From NCBI GenBank assembly GCA_907165135.1, contig OU015569.1, forward strand, positions 1,984,001 through 2,048,000: a stretch of DNA of 64,000 nt, read 5' to 3'. The first letter of the stretch is position 1. Each line of letters starts with the position of its first letter. Position numbers and translations under genes: made by a program. Of this stretch, positions 1 through 13,655 are shown one piece after another. This DNA comes from Oikopleura dioica. Taxonomy: Eukaryota; Animalia; Chordata. The notes beneath the pieces are model-generated. The model saw only the letters and a list, made by a program, of their open reading frames with translations. It ran no database searches and was not told where the DNA came from.

Positions 1-1154
1 TATTGCTTGTTCCATCTAGAATACTTACTTTTATGCTGCTAATTAGGAGAGTTAATGAGATGGACTTCTGATAAACCCTCTCTCTGCAGAAACGAAGAGG
101 ATTTTATTTCTTTTAAAATGAAGCGATCTACTTTCCGAGTCGAAATTCTATATCTTTGAATCTTTGGCAAAGTTCTGATAGATTAGTTCTCGCTTGAGTG
201 CTCAAGAATAACAACTGATGGTTGCTCGATGCGAGTATAAGTCGCCCAAGCAGGCCAATTTCATCGTAAACGATGATTTACAACAGGCACGCGCAACACC
301 TGCCCTACTACAGTAACATACAGTAGCCAAGAAGTGAAATATACCGACGGCGCGCACAAAGGGATGATCTTCTGAGGGTAATCCAGTTTATGGTCCCCTA
401 TTATCCCCAACATACTGACAATGCGACTCGCGCTGGCTCCCCGCCAACTGCCGATAGATCTCGGCTCCTATCGCCGACGATTTCAGAAAAAAAAACGAAG
501 CAGGTTCAGAAGAAGGCTGGAAAAAAGCCAAAGTATGGACAAAACGCTCTTAGCGAAATTATTAATGCCCAGCGCTTTCAATTTCGAGTGCTATCGCAAT
601 TTCAGCCCTGACAAATAAAACAATCAAAAATACTGCAAGACTTGGTCAGAATATTTAAAACTGGAAGGCTTCGATTCCAAGCTTTTAACTTTTTAATTCG
701 CTGAGTCGATAAGAGCCTGTCATTTTTGTACTTTGAGCGTCAGCTATGTTTATGCCGAGTTTGTCAGAAGTCGCCTTCATTTAGGCTCCCGTAGTCCTTG
801 ACCCTGTTAGCGCTGCCATGTCCCTATTACTTTATGGGCCATCGGCGCCATGTTTGAAAGTGGCTTCTTGTCTGATCTCGGTTCCGCCCCGCCGCGCGTT
901 TTGATCTCAATCAGCAGAACTCGCTGCTCAGAAAAGAAACTCTCAGGTACTTTCTACTGGCGCCCATCCAAAATTACTTTCAATCCGAAATCGCTCTTCC
1001 TTGATTCACGAGTAAATTTTCGTTGAATTTTAAACCATTCAACAGTTTAGTCCAACGAACTTCGCTGACGATAAAAGAAGATAATTTATTCATGTCTTTC
1101 GTGAAGCGTCACATCTTTTTTTTACTTTTTTCGTAATTTCACAGTTTTCACAAA

Positions 1155-4100
1155 ATGTTCAATTTTTTTTCTTTCTTTTTCGTTTTTTCTTGTGCCGAAA
1201 ATTCGGATCCGCAAAGTGTCCATTACTTCGAGAGAACACATGATAACGGAAATTCTATTCAAGGGACTCAGAGTGTTCTTGAAGCAGTATGCGAATCCCC
1301 GACAGTGCAAGGAAACTTACCAGGTCGAGTTTTGCTAGCTCTCTTCGTTGATTTCCTCCGTTGAAATCAATTCGAAACTCGAGAAAGGGGTGGATGTGAA
1401 ACTAAAATGGAACTCTCTGGAATCCTGGATAAAAGATCCAAACCAATCAAGATTTATTAATAAGACGATTCTTGTTAGAGAATCTCTCGAAAAATTAAAG
1501 ACGAAAAAATTCATAAATTGGCGAAATCAAGCGTACAGTAAAAACCGCTGGTTTGGGACACCTGAAAATCCTTCTGGTTTGGGACAGTCGGGCGAATTAA
1601 CGATCAAAGGCACGCGGCCACGGGGGTGTTTTTAAACTGACCGCTTTACCCGGAAGGCGAAAGTGGCGCGCGAGAGCAAAAGTGAAAATACTTCTAGTTT
1701 GGGACACGTGGGTGGACTAGGGGTGTCCCAGACCAGCGGTTTTTATTGTACAAGAACTCAACGTATCAATTTGTAGGCAAGCTCCTTTCTTAATTATTTC
1801 GTGCTTACGATGTTTAGCTGTCGAAGTTGGCGGAGTCGACAAAGAGATGGTTGCGTTTCCCATCAATGGTTCAGTAATGGTCAACGCTGTTATCTGTCAA
1901 CTCGCGGATGATGGTCACAAGTTTAATGACTTTCTTGGAGTTTACTGGCATTATCTGCTTGTTTCACAGCCGTTGGTTTCAAGAACCACATCCTGGATCG
2001 AAGATCAATGCACTAGTCATCAGGGCTCAGTTCCACACATAATCGACAACAGAATGTTTCACCATTTGACGATTTGGGGCAAATCAAGGAACATAACTGA
2101 CTTTCTCGTTCGAGCAAATGACGACCTACGATGGCTGAGTACTGACACAGATAGAGATGCGGCTAGGACAGGCTTGGTTTGAACAAATAGTTTTAACGAC
2201 TTTCTCGTTTGAATATTCTAAAAAATCAAATAAAAGGACCTTCATCGTATAAATTATTCAATGTTACTTCTGGACTCCTTCCTGTACCCGGTGATTTCAA
2301 ATTTGAAGATTACCAAGAAAATGAAAACGCATTAGGAACAGCTTTACTTTCACAACAATCAAAATTGTCAGTAAGAAGCAAGATATAAAGCTGAGAAAGT
2401 CTGCGAGTTCTCAAGCCACCGCGTCTTCGCTATCAAACCTGTCAATCAGACGGAAATTCCCGGTGTTCAATGCGAATCGACATCAGCGAGCTCTATCGAA
2501 GGATCCTCGACGGAAGATTACTTCTCTCCGAATTTTAACAGAAACAAAGTCCTTATTCATGGCATGGATTTTGGAAGTTGTGACGACCCGTTTTATTACA
2601 ACACTAGCATGAAATTTGATTCGCTTTCTTGGGAAGGCAACAGATATGGAAGCTCTGTCGAAGCTTGGCTTTTCCTTCCACGAACCCAAACGTCCGAAAT
2701 GGCGAACTTTGGTGCTATCCCAGGCATCGCGCCATTTACGCCTTGTGTCTCCAAATTTAAAGCTTCGGCAATGCCCAGAGCTTGTTTTAATCCTCTTGAC
2801 AATGTCACTCTTATGCTCGGGGTAACTTTTTTTATTCAGAAGAAATCATTAACTATTAATTGAGGTTAACATGAATTTGGAGGAACGCAACTACAAGGCC
2901 AGATGGCCAAGAGTTCGACTTCGTCTTCGGATAGACTTTTATGAAGAGGTAATCTTTCACCTTTTATGTTTATCATTTTTTTATCTCAGGCGGATTCATG
3001 GCTTCAAATTTACGAAAATGACCCATTTCGGTCGGAGTTTCATGAAGTTTCAGATCTCAGCACGCAAGAACTCACGATTGACTCCCACGACCGTGACATA
3101 ATTGTACTTCCTCTTCGCGATTCATCATTATTTCTTGCCAACGCAAGTCATGGACCCGATTATCATGTTCTTCTCCATTTCGAAGATTTGCCGGATTTCA
3201 GTGTCGCAATAAGGGATCAGGCATTCATCAAGACACTCGACAATGGACTCTACAGTACTTTCATGAGTTCGTTTTCCACGTATACTTTCGGAAATGGAGG
3301 TCAACCATTCTTGTTCACGGTGAAAAATGCGTCGAGTCTTCAAACGAAAAAGGAAATTAATTTCGATCTTGAACAGCCTGAGATCGGCTTTGCGAAAGAA
3401 AACTTTATTTATGGCTGGCGGAAGGACGGAAATACCGATTTAGTATTCGATTCACTAAAATATGACGACAGCCGATACGAACTTATAAACAGCACAGAGA
3501 CAACCAGCCACAAATGCTTCCACAACTGCATCAAGGCACCAGGTCTCTGTTTGACGTTCGATTTCAACAAGGATACTGGAATATGTTTTCGAGTCCATTT
3601 AAAATGGGCTTTCCACGGGACTGGAAGTGATCTATCTAAAACTCAACAATTTCTTCAGTACGACGATAGAAGAAGAAAAGCCGCTTATTTAGTTGAAGTC
3701 CCTAAAGAGGTCAATTTTACTCCTCGGGCAAAATTTTCAATACCTTCGCATAAGCTTTTTTATGCTCCTTCCACTACTGCTTTATCATTTGAACTATTTT
3801 TCAGGAATAGGTAGATTATTTCGTAAGAAAACTTACAATATGACAAAAAGTACCCTCACTTAGCAACGATATTGATGCCTGTAAATCTTTTGTAAAAGCC
3901 ATGTCTCCTTCGGATTTTTACGTCATTCATCGAGAAATTATAGAAGCTCAGAATCTGGAGAAATTTTACGAATGCAGAGTATACACAAAAATAACGTCAG
4001 AAGAGTTTGAAGATAAATTACACGGCGACACGACTATTATTGAGAGTTGGACCGATTGGTTTTCCTATGAATTTGAAGAAATGGATAATTATCGCTTCGA

Positions 4101-7100
4101 AACGATCGAGGACAACGGAGTAGATTGTAAATTTAGTGAACACCTTCCATCGTTTCACTATATCACAGATGATTTTGATGTCCTGAATATTCGATATTAT
4201 ACCGATATTTCAATGTGTTTTGAATATTGTAACGCTGATTCTAGATGCGATGCCTTTTACATTGTATTTGAACTAACATCGACTAGTACTACTATCTGTT
4301 ACTTCATTATTGCTGAGGACTGGAATCACTCAAGTGTTCAAGCGTGTCCAAGATTTAAGAAAACAGGCCACAGTAATGCAGGCGGACTAGAACCTTTTGG
4401 ACAGAGTTTGAAACACTTGCTCGAAAATACACTAACTCATGCTTACAAGACTTGTTATGGCCCTGCCGATGTCATATCATCAAAGTATGAACCATATATT
4501 TCAACAGCTTGGAAAATCGACGAGTCCCACAGTTTTGACTGCAGTGCCAATACTTCGCTGACGAATCGCTTTGTAATGAAAAATTTAGCAACAGGCGAAC
4601 AGGTGTGCTTCCCTTTGACCCTGACAATGATCGACAAACTTGAGTTCAACAAGTCGCCAGATAAATACGAAATGCAAATATCTGTTTGTGACATAAACGA
4701 ATGCCTAGCAAACCCTTGTGGCGATGCAGGTCAATGTGAAAATACAGGTTAGGTTTTTTTCTTTTACACTATATGAATTTTATATAATTGTGTATCATCT
4801 TTATTATCTTCCTTACTCTCCAAGAAAAATCTGAAATTTAGACGGTGGCTATGAGTGTGTTTGTGATGATGGTTATTCTCAAAGAAATTCTGAAGCAGTC
4901 TGTGAAGATATCAACGAATGCGATTCCCAAGAATGGAGAGGAAACTCTTTTTTTGTACAAGCTAAAAGACGCTCTGCCACACTGGATTCCGATGGACCTT
5001 GCAGTGAGCATGCGTATTGCATCAATCTTGAAGGTAGCTACGAATGTGAATGCAAAGCTGGATATGAAGGTATCAGCTGCAGAGGAATCGAATGTGATGC
5101 CGGCCACAATTGTACTGACATAAATGAATGCGAGACTTTCTGCTTTGGGGAAAATTCTGATTGCGTTAATACTCCTGGAAGTTTTACGTGTTCCTGCTCT
5201 ACTGGCTTTGCTTTCCAAGAAGGAGAATGCACAGACATTGACGAGTGTAGAGTTTCTACTTTCACTTGTTCTCAGAACTCAATTTGTAGTAACAATCTTG
5301 GAAGCTATTCGTGTGACTGTCAAAAAGGATTCACAAAAGCAGCCAATGGAGAGTGCGCGGACATTGATGAGTGCGATTATGATGTCTGCGAGTACGACTG
5401 CAGGAACACAGTCGGCAGTTACGAGTGCGTGTGTCCAGTAGGCACAGAAGTGGCAGGCAGCGGCAAATGTACCAAAGTGAAGAGCGAAGTAGAGATGAAG
5501 GATTCCGCCAAAATGACGAAGCAATTGATGGCGCAGATGGTAGACGAGTCTATGAAGAATGTCGTCAGCTCAATTGACTATACGATGAACAACATGGCTA
5601 ACTTTTCTGAAAAAGTTTCGCAAGCACTGTCGGAAACAGCAATTTCGCTGGAAAAGACGATCAAATCGATGGTGAATCCAAAGATGCCGGAAGAAGACCC
5701 GTTTTTGGAGCTTATTATGGCTCACGCATTCGACATGACAATGCGGAAGTCTTCAACAATGACCGAGGCGATGAGCAAAATGGCAGAATTTTTCGAGTTT
5801 GGAAATATTTTTGGAGAGTCTAATGATTTCTTTGCCCTAGCAGAGGGACAAGTCGGCAATTTAACATTGCCGAATTTAGAAATCCTCCAGTCAGCAAAAA
5901 CAAGAACTCTCAGCGGAAGCCTTAGAGCCTCTCAAATGAATGTCAACCCGTTTATCCATTCTTTGGGCGATCTTTCCCTTGATCCGAACGTTTTCTTTAT
6001 CGAAAGTTCTCCATCAGAAGTGCTTTTTCACGTTAAAAAGAAAAGTAACGCGAGAAGATTTACGAAAAGAATTGCGAAAAATTCGGGGGAAGTTATTCGA
6101 TTTGAACTGAAAGAAAAGGAAGAGTTTTTTGTCTTCATGCAGCCCGAGTCGCTTGATAGTTTTCGAGTGTACCTGAGTTTTTGGAAGGCGCCAGAGCCAC
6201 ATACCGGTGATTTTATTGAACAAGTGATTTTGCCAGATTGGAAAGGCATCTCAAACATCACTTCAATCGATTGCAAAAGAAGCAAATGCGAAGGAAATCC
6301 GTTCGGAATACGCCTGAGAGGAGATCTGCTCGACTTGTGTTTTATAAATGATCATTGCTCTCTGTTTCTGAGAATCGACAATGTCAACGCACCCGTGCAT
6401 CTTTCTATGGATATTTTGGCGTTTTCGTCGACTTGTTTGATAGAAAAAGGCTCATCTTGGAAATCTGATAGCTGTCAAATCAGTCCTGCTTCTACGGATA
6501 CAGATGTTTTTTGTCTCTGCAAGAATTTAACTGACAAAGTCATGATGACAACGAAGACTAATGGGCTTTCTGTTAGAATGAATTATTTATCAGGTTAAGT
6601 TGTATAGATTTCAGAAATCCTTAAAATAATATAGAAACGATTACGATTGTGACAACATGGACTGTTTCTATGGTTCCCCTCGTGCTGTTTTTCATTTGGG
6701 CGGCGATGCTTTCCCAAGCGCGTTTCACCGACAGACTGATTTTCAATCAATTACGTTTGCGACCAGTTCGTTCAATTTCTATCGCGCCAAAGAAACGCTG
6801 GTATATTCTGACAATAGAAACGCGGTTCTCTGTCAAGTCCGCGCCATCAGAAGTAACGTTGTCACTTTGCTCGACTGATTGGATAGGCACTGAAGTTTGG
6901 GAAACTGTAACTCTGAGTGGAAGAATTTATAACGGAGGCGTTTTTTGTTTCCTTGTTCAATTACAGCCAGGGTTAGAAACAAAGTTCCTAGAGCTTGATG
7001 CGGATGTAACAACTGGAGGGGACTTTGCATTCTATCCTTCAAAAGTGGAGATACGAAGAATCAACCGAGACATCTTCGATCTGCCCAAAATATTCAAACT

Positions 7101-9471
7101 GGAAAAATACTCTTCTGTAAAACATGATTTTCATTTTGATGGCGCAATTATGGCATCAAAGAACTCTTTGAAAACATCATATCCTGGATCTCAACCTTCA
7201 CCGTCTCCATTTCATGATCTACTCCTGGATCACTTTCTCTTTGAAAATTTCTGGACGACTCCATCTTTACTGAAACGCTACTCACACTTTTCTCAGACAA
7301 TGAGACGTCTTGTTGGTGGAATATCCGTTGGCATTGTGGTGTTCGTCAATTTTCTTTACTATCTTAATGTCCGTCCAGGATTTGTCTTTATCAATAGTCG
7401 AGTAATCATTTTTGGGCCATTCTATTTGAGTCCTCATCTGTTTTTGTCATCCTTGATTGCAGTGATGTTTTCAACGACGATCACGACAATGTTGAAATCT
7501 ATTTTAGAGAAAGTCCCACCAGCAAGTCTCAGTTGTCTCTCGCGCTCTGCAGTTATACTCAAAACATTCTATGTCCGAAATTTGATTTCGATCTTTCTGG
7601 TGCTAGTAATTTCGTGGCTGGCGATTCACTGCGCCGTGGGATATCAAAACTTGTCTGTCTTCGACCGCGATCTACTTGCAACATCGGTCTTTGTCTCTGT
7701 TGTCGCTGATGTTATATTTATTCCCTTATTGAAGAGTTACGCTTTGGCCGTTGCAAAGCGAGCGGTGAATTATCCGATCATTGTTATTTTTCCGAAACTA
7801 ACGGCAGAGTATCACACGAACCCATGCTCATCAACCATCTTCAAATCGACAACTACAGCGCTAGAAATGAAGAAAACAGTGAAACGATCAAAACAGCGTC
7901 GGGATATTCTGAAAACTCTTTTCAAGTTTCTCAAGCTGGGCCTAATCTCGGGCAGTCTTTTGGGCATCACGAACTCGATTGTCCCTACTGGGCAATCAAA
8001 ATTTTTTATTGATTCGAATATTCGACAAGCTCTTGAAGCTGGACTTGAAGATGTTTTGAGTATGAAAGACATTTGGACGTATTTGTCCAAAGAAACAATA
8101 TCTTTCATTCACCCGAATCATCTGTCGCCGAATGGAGAAAAGCTTTCTGAAGATAATCGCAAGTTTGCCGCCGACCTGGTGAATTTTCGACTGGGCCCGG
8201 CTATTCTAAAGCAGCACAGAAATACTTGTGGAATTTATGAAATCGGATGGAAGGAAAAGGAATCCAATGATACGGGTGTGTTGCAGAAAATGAAAGAGTC
8301 GCCACTTCACTCACCCTGGGTCTCTCATACAGAAAGTGTGATTCCTTCTGATTTGACGCTTCAGTCACCAATTGAAATCGAAGGTTGTGAGTTCTCAACG
8401 ATTCTAGGGACGTCAGTGACAAGTGGCAAATTTATTCTTGGCGAACTCCGTAAGAACAAGTGGATAGACTTGAAAAGCAGTGTAGTCATATTTGAACAGT
8501 CGTTTCTCCAAGCGCATTCAAATGCTTTCATTCAACTGCGCATCATTTTTGAACTAGTCGACGGCGGCGGAGTAGTCAGCTCCCTCACCATCCAACAGTT
8601 GAGGAATGTTGACCTCAGCGACAACACAATCGCAGTCAGCCTTACGATCTTCGGTTTCTTTCTGGCCGCGCAAATCATCTACTGCCTCAAACTGTTCACG
8701 CTGAAGAAACTGAGTTTCTACTCCTTCTTTCACTTTGGAATAATGTGCATGGACCTCTCTATCGTCGTAATTTTCATTTACCGAACTGAGTTGCTCCGCC
8801 AAACAATGGCTACCTTCACCATGAATCCAAAAGGCACGCCCAACTTCGGAAAGCTGTTTCTAGTTCAGTATCACTTCTTCTCCCTTGTTTCTGTATCTCT
8901 CTTTCTGCATATACTCTACTTGATACATATATTCTCGACGCTGAATATTGTCCGATCGTACAAGTACGTGATCAAGAGCTTGAGAAAATCACTGTCTCCG
9001 TTTCTAGGACTTTTGCTGCCAGTACAGGTAGATTTTACAATAAGTTGTTTTTTGTTTATCATTTTAGCTCGGCCTTGCATCGATCGTTTATCTTATTTTC
9101 CAAAGCTATTCGGTAATGTACAATGGCTTCTCTCATACTTTTCTTTTAATCATTTGGCAGGGCTATCTACGTCCTTCTGGTAACGCTGCTGCATTATTCA
9201 AATCACTTTAATGTGTTCAGATATGCGAGAAGAGATAGAAACGCTGCCAGGAGATTTGCAGATGTTGGCGAAGCTTATCTACCTGTTTCTCAACTTTTCG
9301 ATGCTCTTCCTTGTCATCAACATCATCATCACTATCATCTGCGACGAGAACACCCGCGTCCGAAAAATCGAGCACCAATTCGACTGGCTCCCTTTCACCA
9401 GCTACTGGACGAAAAAACGAGCCAAAAGTGTATTCAAACGAGCCAAAAAACTCTTTACTTTACAAAAATAA
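1155..9471 (+). CDS. Polycystin-1-like (PKD1L family) 11-TM protein, multi-exon. Signal peptide, PAN/apple-like Cys motifs, 5 Ca-binding EGF repeats, GPS, PLAT, polycystin channel (TOP) domain
   Basis: Exon 1 (1155-1323, MFNFFSFFFVFSCA signal peptide) splices in phase 1 to 1818. cbEGF repeats lie at 4690-5470 (DINEC, DINEC, DINEC, DIDEC, DIDEC). GPS-like WKSDSC..CLCKNLT at 6458-6532, then TM1 and PLAT-like WYILTIET. TOP motif KWIDLKSSVVIFE..IFELVDGGGV. About 11 hydrophobic helices; last exon 9221-9471. Some 5' junctions (2180-3900) are unresolved. Confidence 0.85.
1536..1748. mobile_element. MITE, Tc1/mariner-pogo type (213 bp, non-autonomous)
   Basis: 27-bp TIRs with 25/27 match: CAGTAAAAACCGCTGGTTTGGGACACC (1536-1562) and the reverse complement of 1722-1748. 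TA on both sides (1534-35, 1749-50). Internal direct repeat TGAAAATmCTTCTrGTTTGGGACA at 1563-1586 and 1683-1706. No ORF. Lies inside PKD1L intron 1. Confidence 0.9.
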
Positions 9472-9523
9472 AAGAAATATAAATAATTATTTTCAACATT
9501 CACATTAGAATTGCTATCGTCAT

Positions 9524-12190
9524 TCAGGAACAATAGCGGTTATCAACAAAAAAGACATGTTCTCCAAATCTTCCGAATCCATCCAAGTCACGTGATAGTT
9601 GTTCTTTGTCGAAAACGTTCTTTCCTGGTCGCGGTTTCAGTGTTTCTGTACGACAAGAGTCATTCTTTGTGCATCCACCGAGGACGATGATTTTTCCATC
9701 TTGTTCCATGACCGCTAAAACATAGTTGGCCCAAAAGCCAGCAAACCTATTTTCCAACCTGGAGATATTCTAGAAGTTTTAAGCTGTGGACCGGAGATCC
9801 AGCTGTTTCCGTTGAAAATCCACACTCTTGAAGTACTTCCCGCTCCTCTGTTTCCTCCGAGCGTGAGCAGTCTTCCTTGAACGACCACTGTTGAGAAATC
9901 GTAAATAGTACCTTCGCTAAACGGTATCGAAGGAAGCTCGTTCCAGCGACCAGATTGGTAAGCCTCGACTTTTGGTTTTTCGTTTCCAGCGATCAGGGTC
10001 AGTTTTCCTTGATAGTTGTTTATTCCACCTCGCAAATGGTAGTGCAAATGATCGGGAAGCGCCTGAATTTATTGTTAAAGACTGGCTGCGATAAATGAGA
10101 TGACCTCTATCTGATTTATGTCTGAAAAACTCCAACAGCTTTTCAGACTGCCTCTCATTTGAGGAGAGCAAAAAGAGACCTCTTCCTTGTTTGAATAACA
10201 AAGCCCGCTTAAAAACTGGCTATCTAGCTTTTGCACACTTCTGAAGCCGCAGGAATCACGACCTAACGAGAAGATCTCATCGTTGTTGACTCCTGCGCCA
10301 AGAAAAAGAGGCTTGTCTTCCCAGAGAACTGAGCAAGATCGACTTATATGATCGAGATCTATTTCGTTCACAAGATCGATGTGTTCAAAGTCCCCAACGC
10401 CGATTTGATACTGATCAAGAGGATGAATTTAAACAATCTACAAAGAATTCTTTGCTGAAAATTTTCATCCCTTGCTTGAATACAACCATATTGCCGAGCT
10501 CGTGCTCAGCCATGACCAGGAATGTATCTTTTACTCCACAAACGCCGCAGGTTTTTCGACAAACTTCGAGAAACAACTCGTTATGCTCAAGGAAGCAGTT
10601 TTCTTTGTTCTCAACGCAAGTTGGCAAGATATCGCCGCATTCTCCATCACGAATTTCCGAAACAAAAGTGGTTGTAGACGCCGTCGTCATTGTCCAGCCA
10701 TCAGTCGTCGATGTTTCAAATGATTCTGTTCTTGTTACGACTTCTGTTGTTGTTGACGTTGTTGTTGTTGTTGTTGTTCTTGTCGTAGTTCTTTTGGTTG
10801 AAATAGTCATCGGTTTGCATTCTGCCGAACAGGTTTTAAAACAGTTATTCTTTATGTAAGATTGGTTACATCTAAATACGTTGTTATTTTCTAAAAATTT
10901 AAATTCACTTACGATGGGACTAAACGATCACAATTGCTCCAAATATCAATGCATTTGCGCCCCTCGAACTCCATTGAGGGCGTCGCTGCAACTGTAGAGG
11001 TGATCGTATTTTTAGTGGTTGGAATAAATGAAATGTATTTATCCACATTCATAGTAAGATTAATCTTTGGAGTTGGTCTAGTTGTTGTTCTTCTAGTCGT
11101 TGTTTTCCTGGTTGTTGTGGTTCGCTTTGTAGGCGTTTTTCGAGTTGTCTTTTCAGGCCTTGGTCTTTTTGTACGCGCTGTCGTTCTCTTCGTTGTCCTC
11201 TTCGTTGTTGGCTTCGGAGTAGGTGGCATTGTGACAGACACGCGGCAAAGGCCACACGTTTTCTGACAGTATTTTCGAATCTGTTCAGTCAGTGCAGAGC
11301 CCGGAGAACTGTGACAGTATTGCTTCGTAGTGCTACAGTTTGTGGCTCGATCAGAACAAGAGGATGAATTCTGAGTTGGCTGTACAAGTTGTTGTTGATA
11401 AGCTGGAGTTCGATTTGGATATTGATGGTTGTATTGGCTGTATGTACTAGCCACTGTTGGAGCCTGGGTGAGATGGGCATAAGGTGTATAATACGCTGGC
11501 GTCGGATAGGCCGGTTGGAATTGATAAGGTTTTTGAGGATATTGCCAGGGATTGTGGTACTGCGGTTGGGTGAATTGATACTGTGGCAGGGATGGAGAAC
11601 CCATCGTAAATGGATATCGCTGCGTAAATGCGATAGGTGCTGCCGTAGCCCATGAAGACTTCGTAGTTTTAGGTTTCCTGGTAGTTCTTTTTGTTGTTCT
11701 CCGAGGCTTAGTTGTTTTTGGCTTTCTTGTTGTCTGAAAAGATGGTATTTGAGATATTTATAAATTAACGAGATTTTACCTTTGTTTTCTTCTTAGACTT
11801 CGATTTATTTTGGTTACTAGACTTATTTCCACACAGACCACATGTCTTTTTACAATTCTGGGCGTACGTACTTCCTGGATTCGAGCAAAGAAATTGATAT
11901 GTTGGGCAGGTACTAAAGACATCAGCGCACATCGTTGCGGCCATGAAATTAACTCCGTATTTTGCTGCCACTTTGCGCGCGTATTTACGCTTTGCTTGCC
12001 GCATCGGCTTTTCTATCTGCCTCTTCTGATACTGCGTGAGTTGTGGCTTTTCATTGCACGCGTTGCACGTCACTTTGCAAGAATCTCTTATGTATTTGTT
12101 TGAACACTCATGAGCAAGGGAATTGCAATTTATAAAGTTGTCTGAGCACGCCGAGATGACCGAAAATGTAAGGAACGGAAAAAGCTTCAT
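9524..12190 (-). CDS. Secreted multi-ShKT protein with K/R/T-rich and P/Y/Q-rich linkers and a C-terminal kelch-like beta-propeller
   Basis: Signal peptide MKLFPFLTFSVISAC. Five ShKT-like motifs ending CKVTCNAC, CKKTCGLC, CQKTCGLC, CFKTCSAEC, CRKTCGVC. GT-AG introns join the ORF pieces 11765-12190, 10909-11604, 10415-10810, 10075-10371, 9715-10047 and 9524-9757. Kelch-like GG..W repeats (LLTLGG..VWIF, IIVLGG). Confidence 0.8.
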
Positions 12191-12456
12191 TATTATCGTA
12201 AAATGTTCTGATACAATTTACAACCATCTTCATGAAAGAAAGGATGGAACTTTGCCTCGGGCTGCAGTGATTCTAACTCCTCGTGACGGGATGATTATGA
12301 TTCTTGGAATTTTTAAAATTTATAAAGTGAAAAATTAAGAGTCAGTTGTTCGTTTTATTATTTTTGAAGTGCTCGTTGTTTTCAGTGTCCTCAGATATTT
12401 ACAGAATTTGGAGAGGTGTCCTAGCGGCTTGTGCATTTCTTGTAGTTCGTGATTGC

Positions 12457-13337
12457 TTAGTATCCGACCTTGACTTCTTCGCCGACGCACTTGGTGTAGT
12501 CGCAAGTCGGGATGACGCCTGGCGCCTCAGTGTCGATTGTCACAGGCTTCGCGGTTCCCAAGCAGTCGAAGAGCAGTTGGTAGTCCATCGTGTTCTGAAG
12601 AGCAACCATGATCTTGTCTTGCTTGGTGTTTCCAGTAACGTCTGGCTTTGTCTTCGCAGCGCTAAAATTGTGTGTTCAAGCAAGAAGAATCAATCAAATG
12701 GATCTTACTAGAAGCCGAAGGTGACGGAATTGTGTCGGCCTGGTTCATCGTCTCTGTTTCTGTAGTAGACGTTGTCGAATGTGTGGTAGTTGGTCATTGG
12801 AGTCGTCAAGTCATGTTCGGCAGCATTGTGAAGATCCAAGAAGTAGGCCTTGAAGTTCTCGTCTCTGAAACCGAGGAGACCATCGACGCTGCAAGCGCGC
12901 TGAGACATGACGTAGTACTGCTGGTAGGTGTTCTTTTGGGCAACAGCGGCGCTGGCAAACTGGAAGTAGTCCATCGTATCACCTTGGTAGATGGTCTAAG
13001 GCGCTGGTTAAGAAACGGTGAGGGAAGCGAATGGATACCTTGTACATGTTGTATTTGGACAAAGGAGGCTCGTTTGCCTTGATTGCAGCGATGACATCGG
13101 TCGTGCATGGACAAGGATCAACAGTAGTAGTGGTTCCCTCAGTCGTTGAAGTGGTCGTTGACTCGGTAGTTGTGGAGGTGGTCGTGGTTGTTGTGGTAGT
13201 AGTAGTAGTAGTAGTAGTGGCTGAAAATGTTATTCTCTCGCTCAGAAATGAATTTTAGAATATATTATTTCGGTCAAAGAAAATTCCGATGGATGCACGA
13301 TGAGAAACATCGAGTAGCCAGCGATAATTGCTTTCAT
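12457..13337 (-). CDS. Thr-rich (mucin-like) probably secreted protein with a Cys-containing C-terminal domain; 5' end uncertain
   Basis: Poly-Thr tract at 13130-13220, then DPCPC... GT-AG introns link to TIYQGDTMDYFQF..VTFGFY and AAKTKPDV..CDYTKCVGEEVKVGY*. First exon (MKAIIA at 13337) not cleanly resolved. Confidence 0.6.
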
Positions 13338-13655
13338 TTTCTCTCAAAAATGAGCAGCTGGAGATATGAAAGGTATCGTTTTATGGAGCGTTGAGAAAAG
13401 GGCAAAATCAATGAGCGGTTAAATTGACGAGTGATCAAAATTGCAATCAAATGTCAGAGAATGAATTCCAATGGAGATTTAGAAATGACCTGCAAGTTTT
13501 ATGGATCTTTACTCATGAAACTACTATATTCTGTCATCAATTTTACGTGCCTGCTTTTCTTGAAATATTCTGTAATTTTCCTGCAATAACTGACAAAAGA
13601 AAAAATCTCGATTTCGTGCATTTTTGAACAAAATCTGATGGAGAAATTGAAATAA

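Noticed and set aside
1-1100. Short ORFs 390-618 and a possible minus-strand gene
   Set aside because: No domain, and no coherent splicing within the window.
1348-1635. 95-aa ORF as a transposase or gene
   Set aside because: It runs through PKD1L intron 1 into the MITE TIR and has no transposase motifs.
10415-13258. Plus-strand Val/Leu-rich 'membrane' ORFs (e.g. 10934-11266, 13031-13258)
   Set aside because: They are antisense shadows of Thr/Lys-rich coding repeats on the minus strand.
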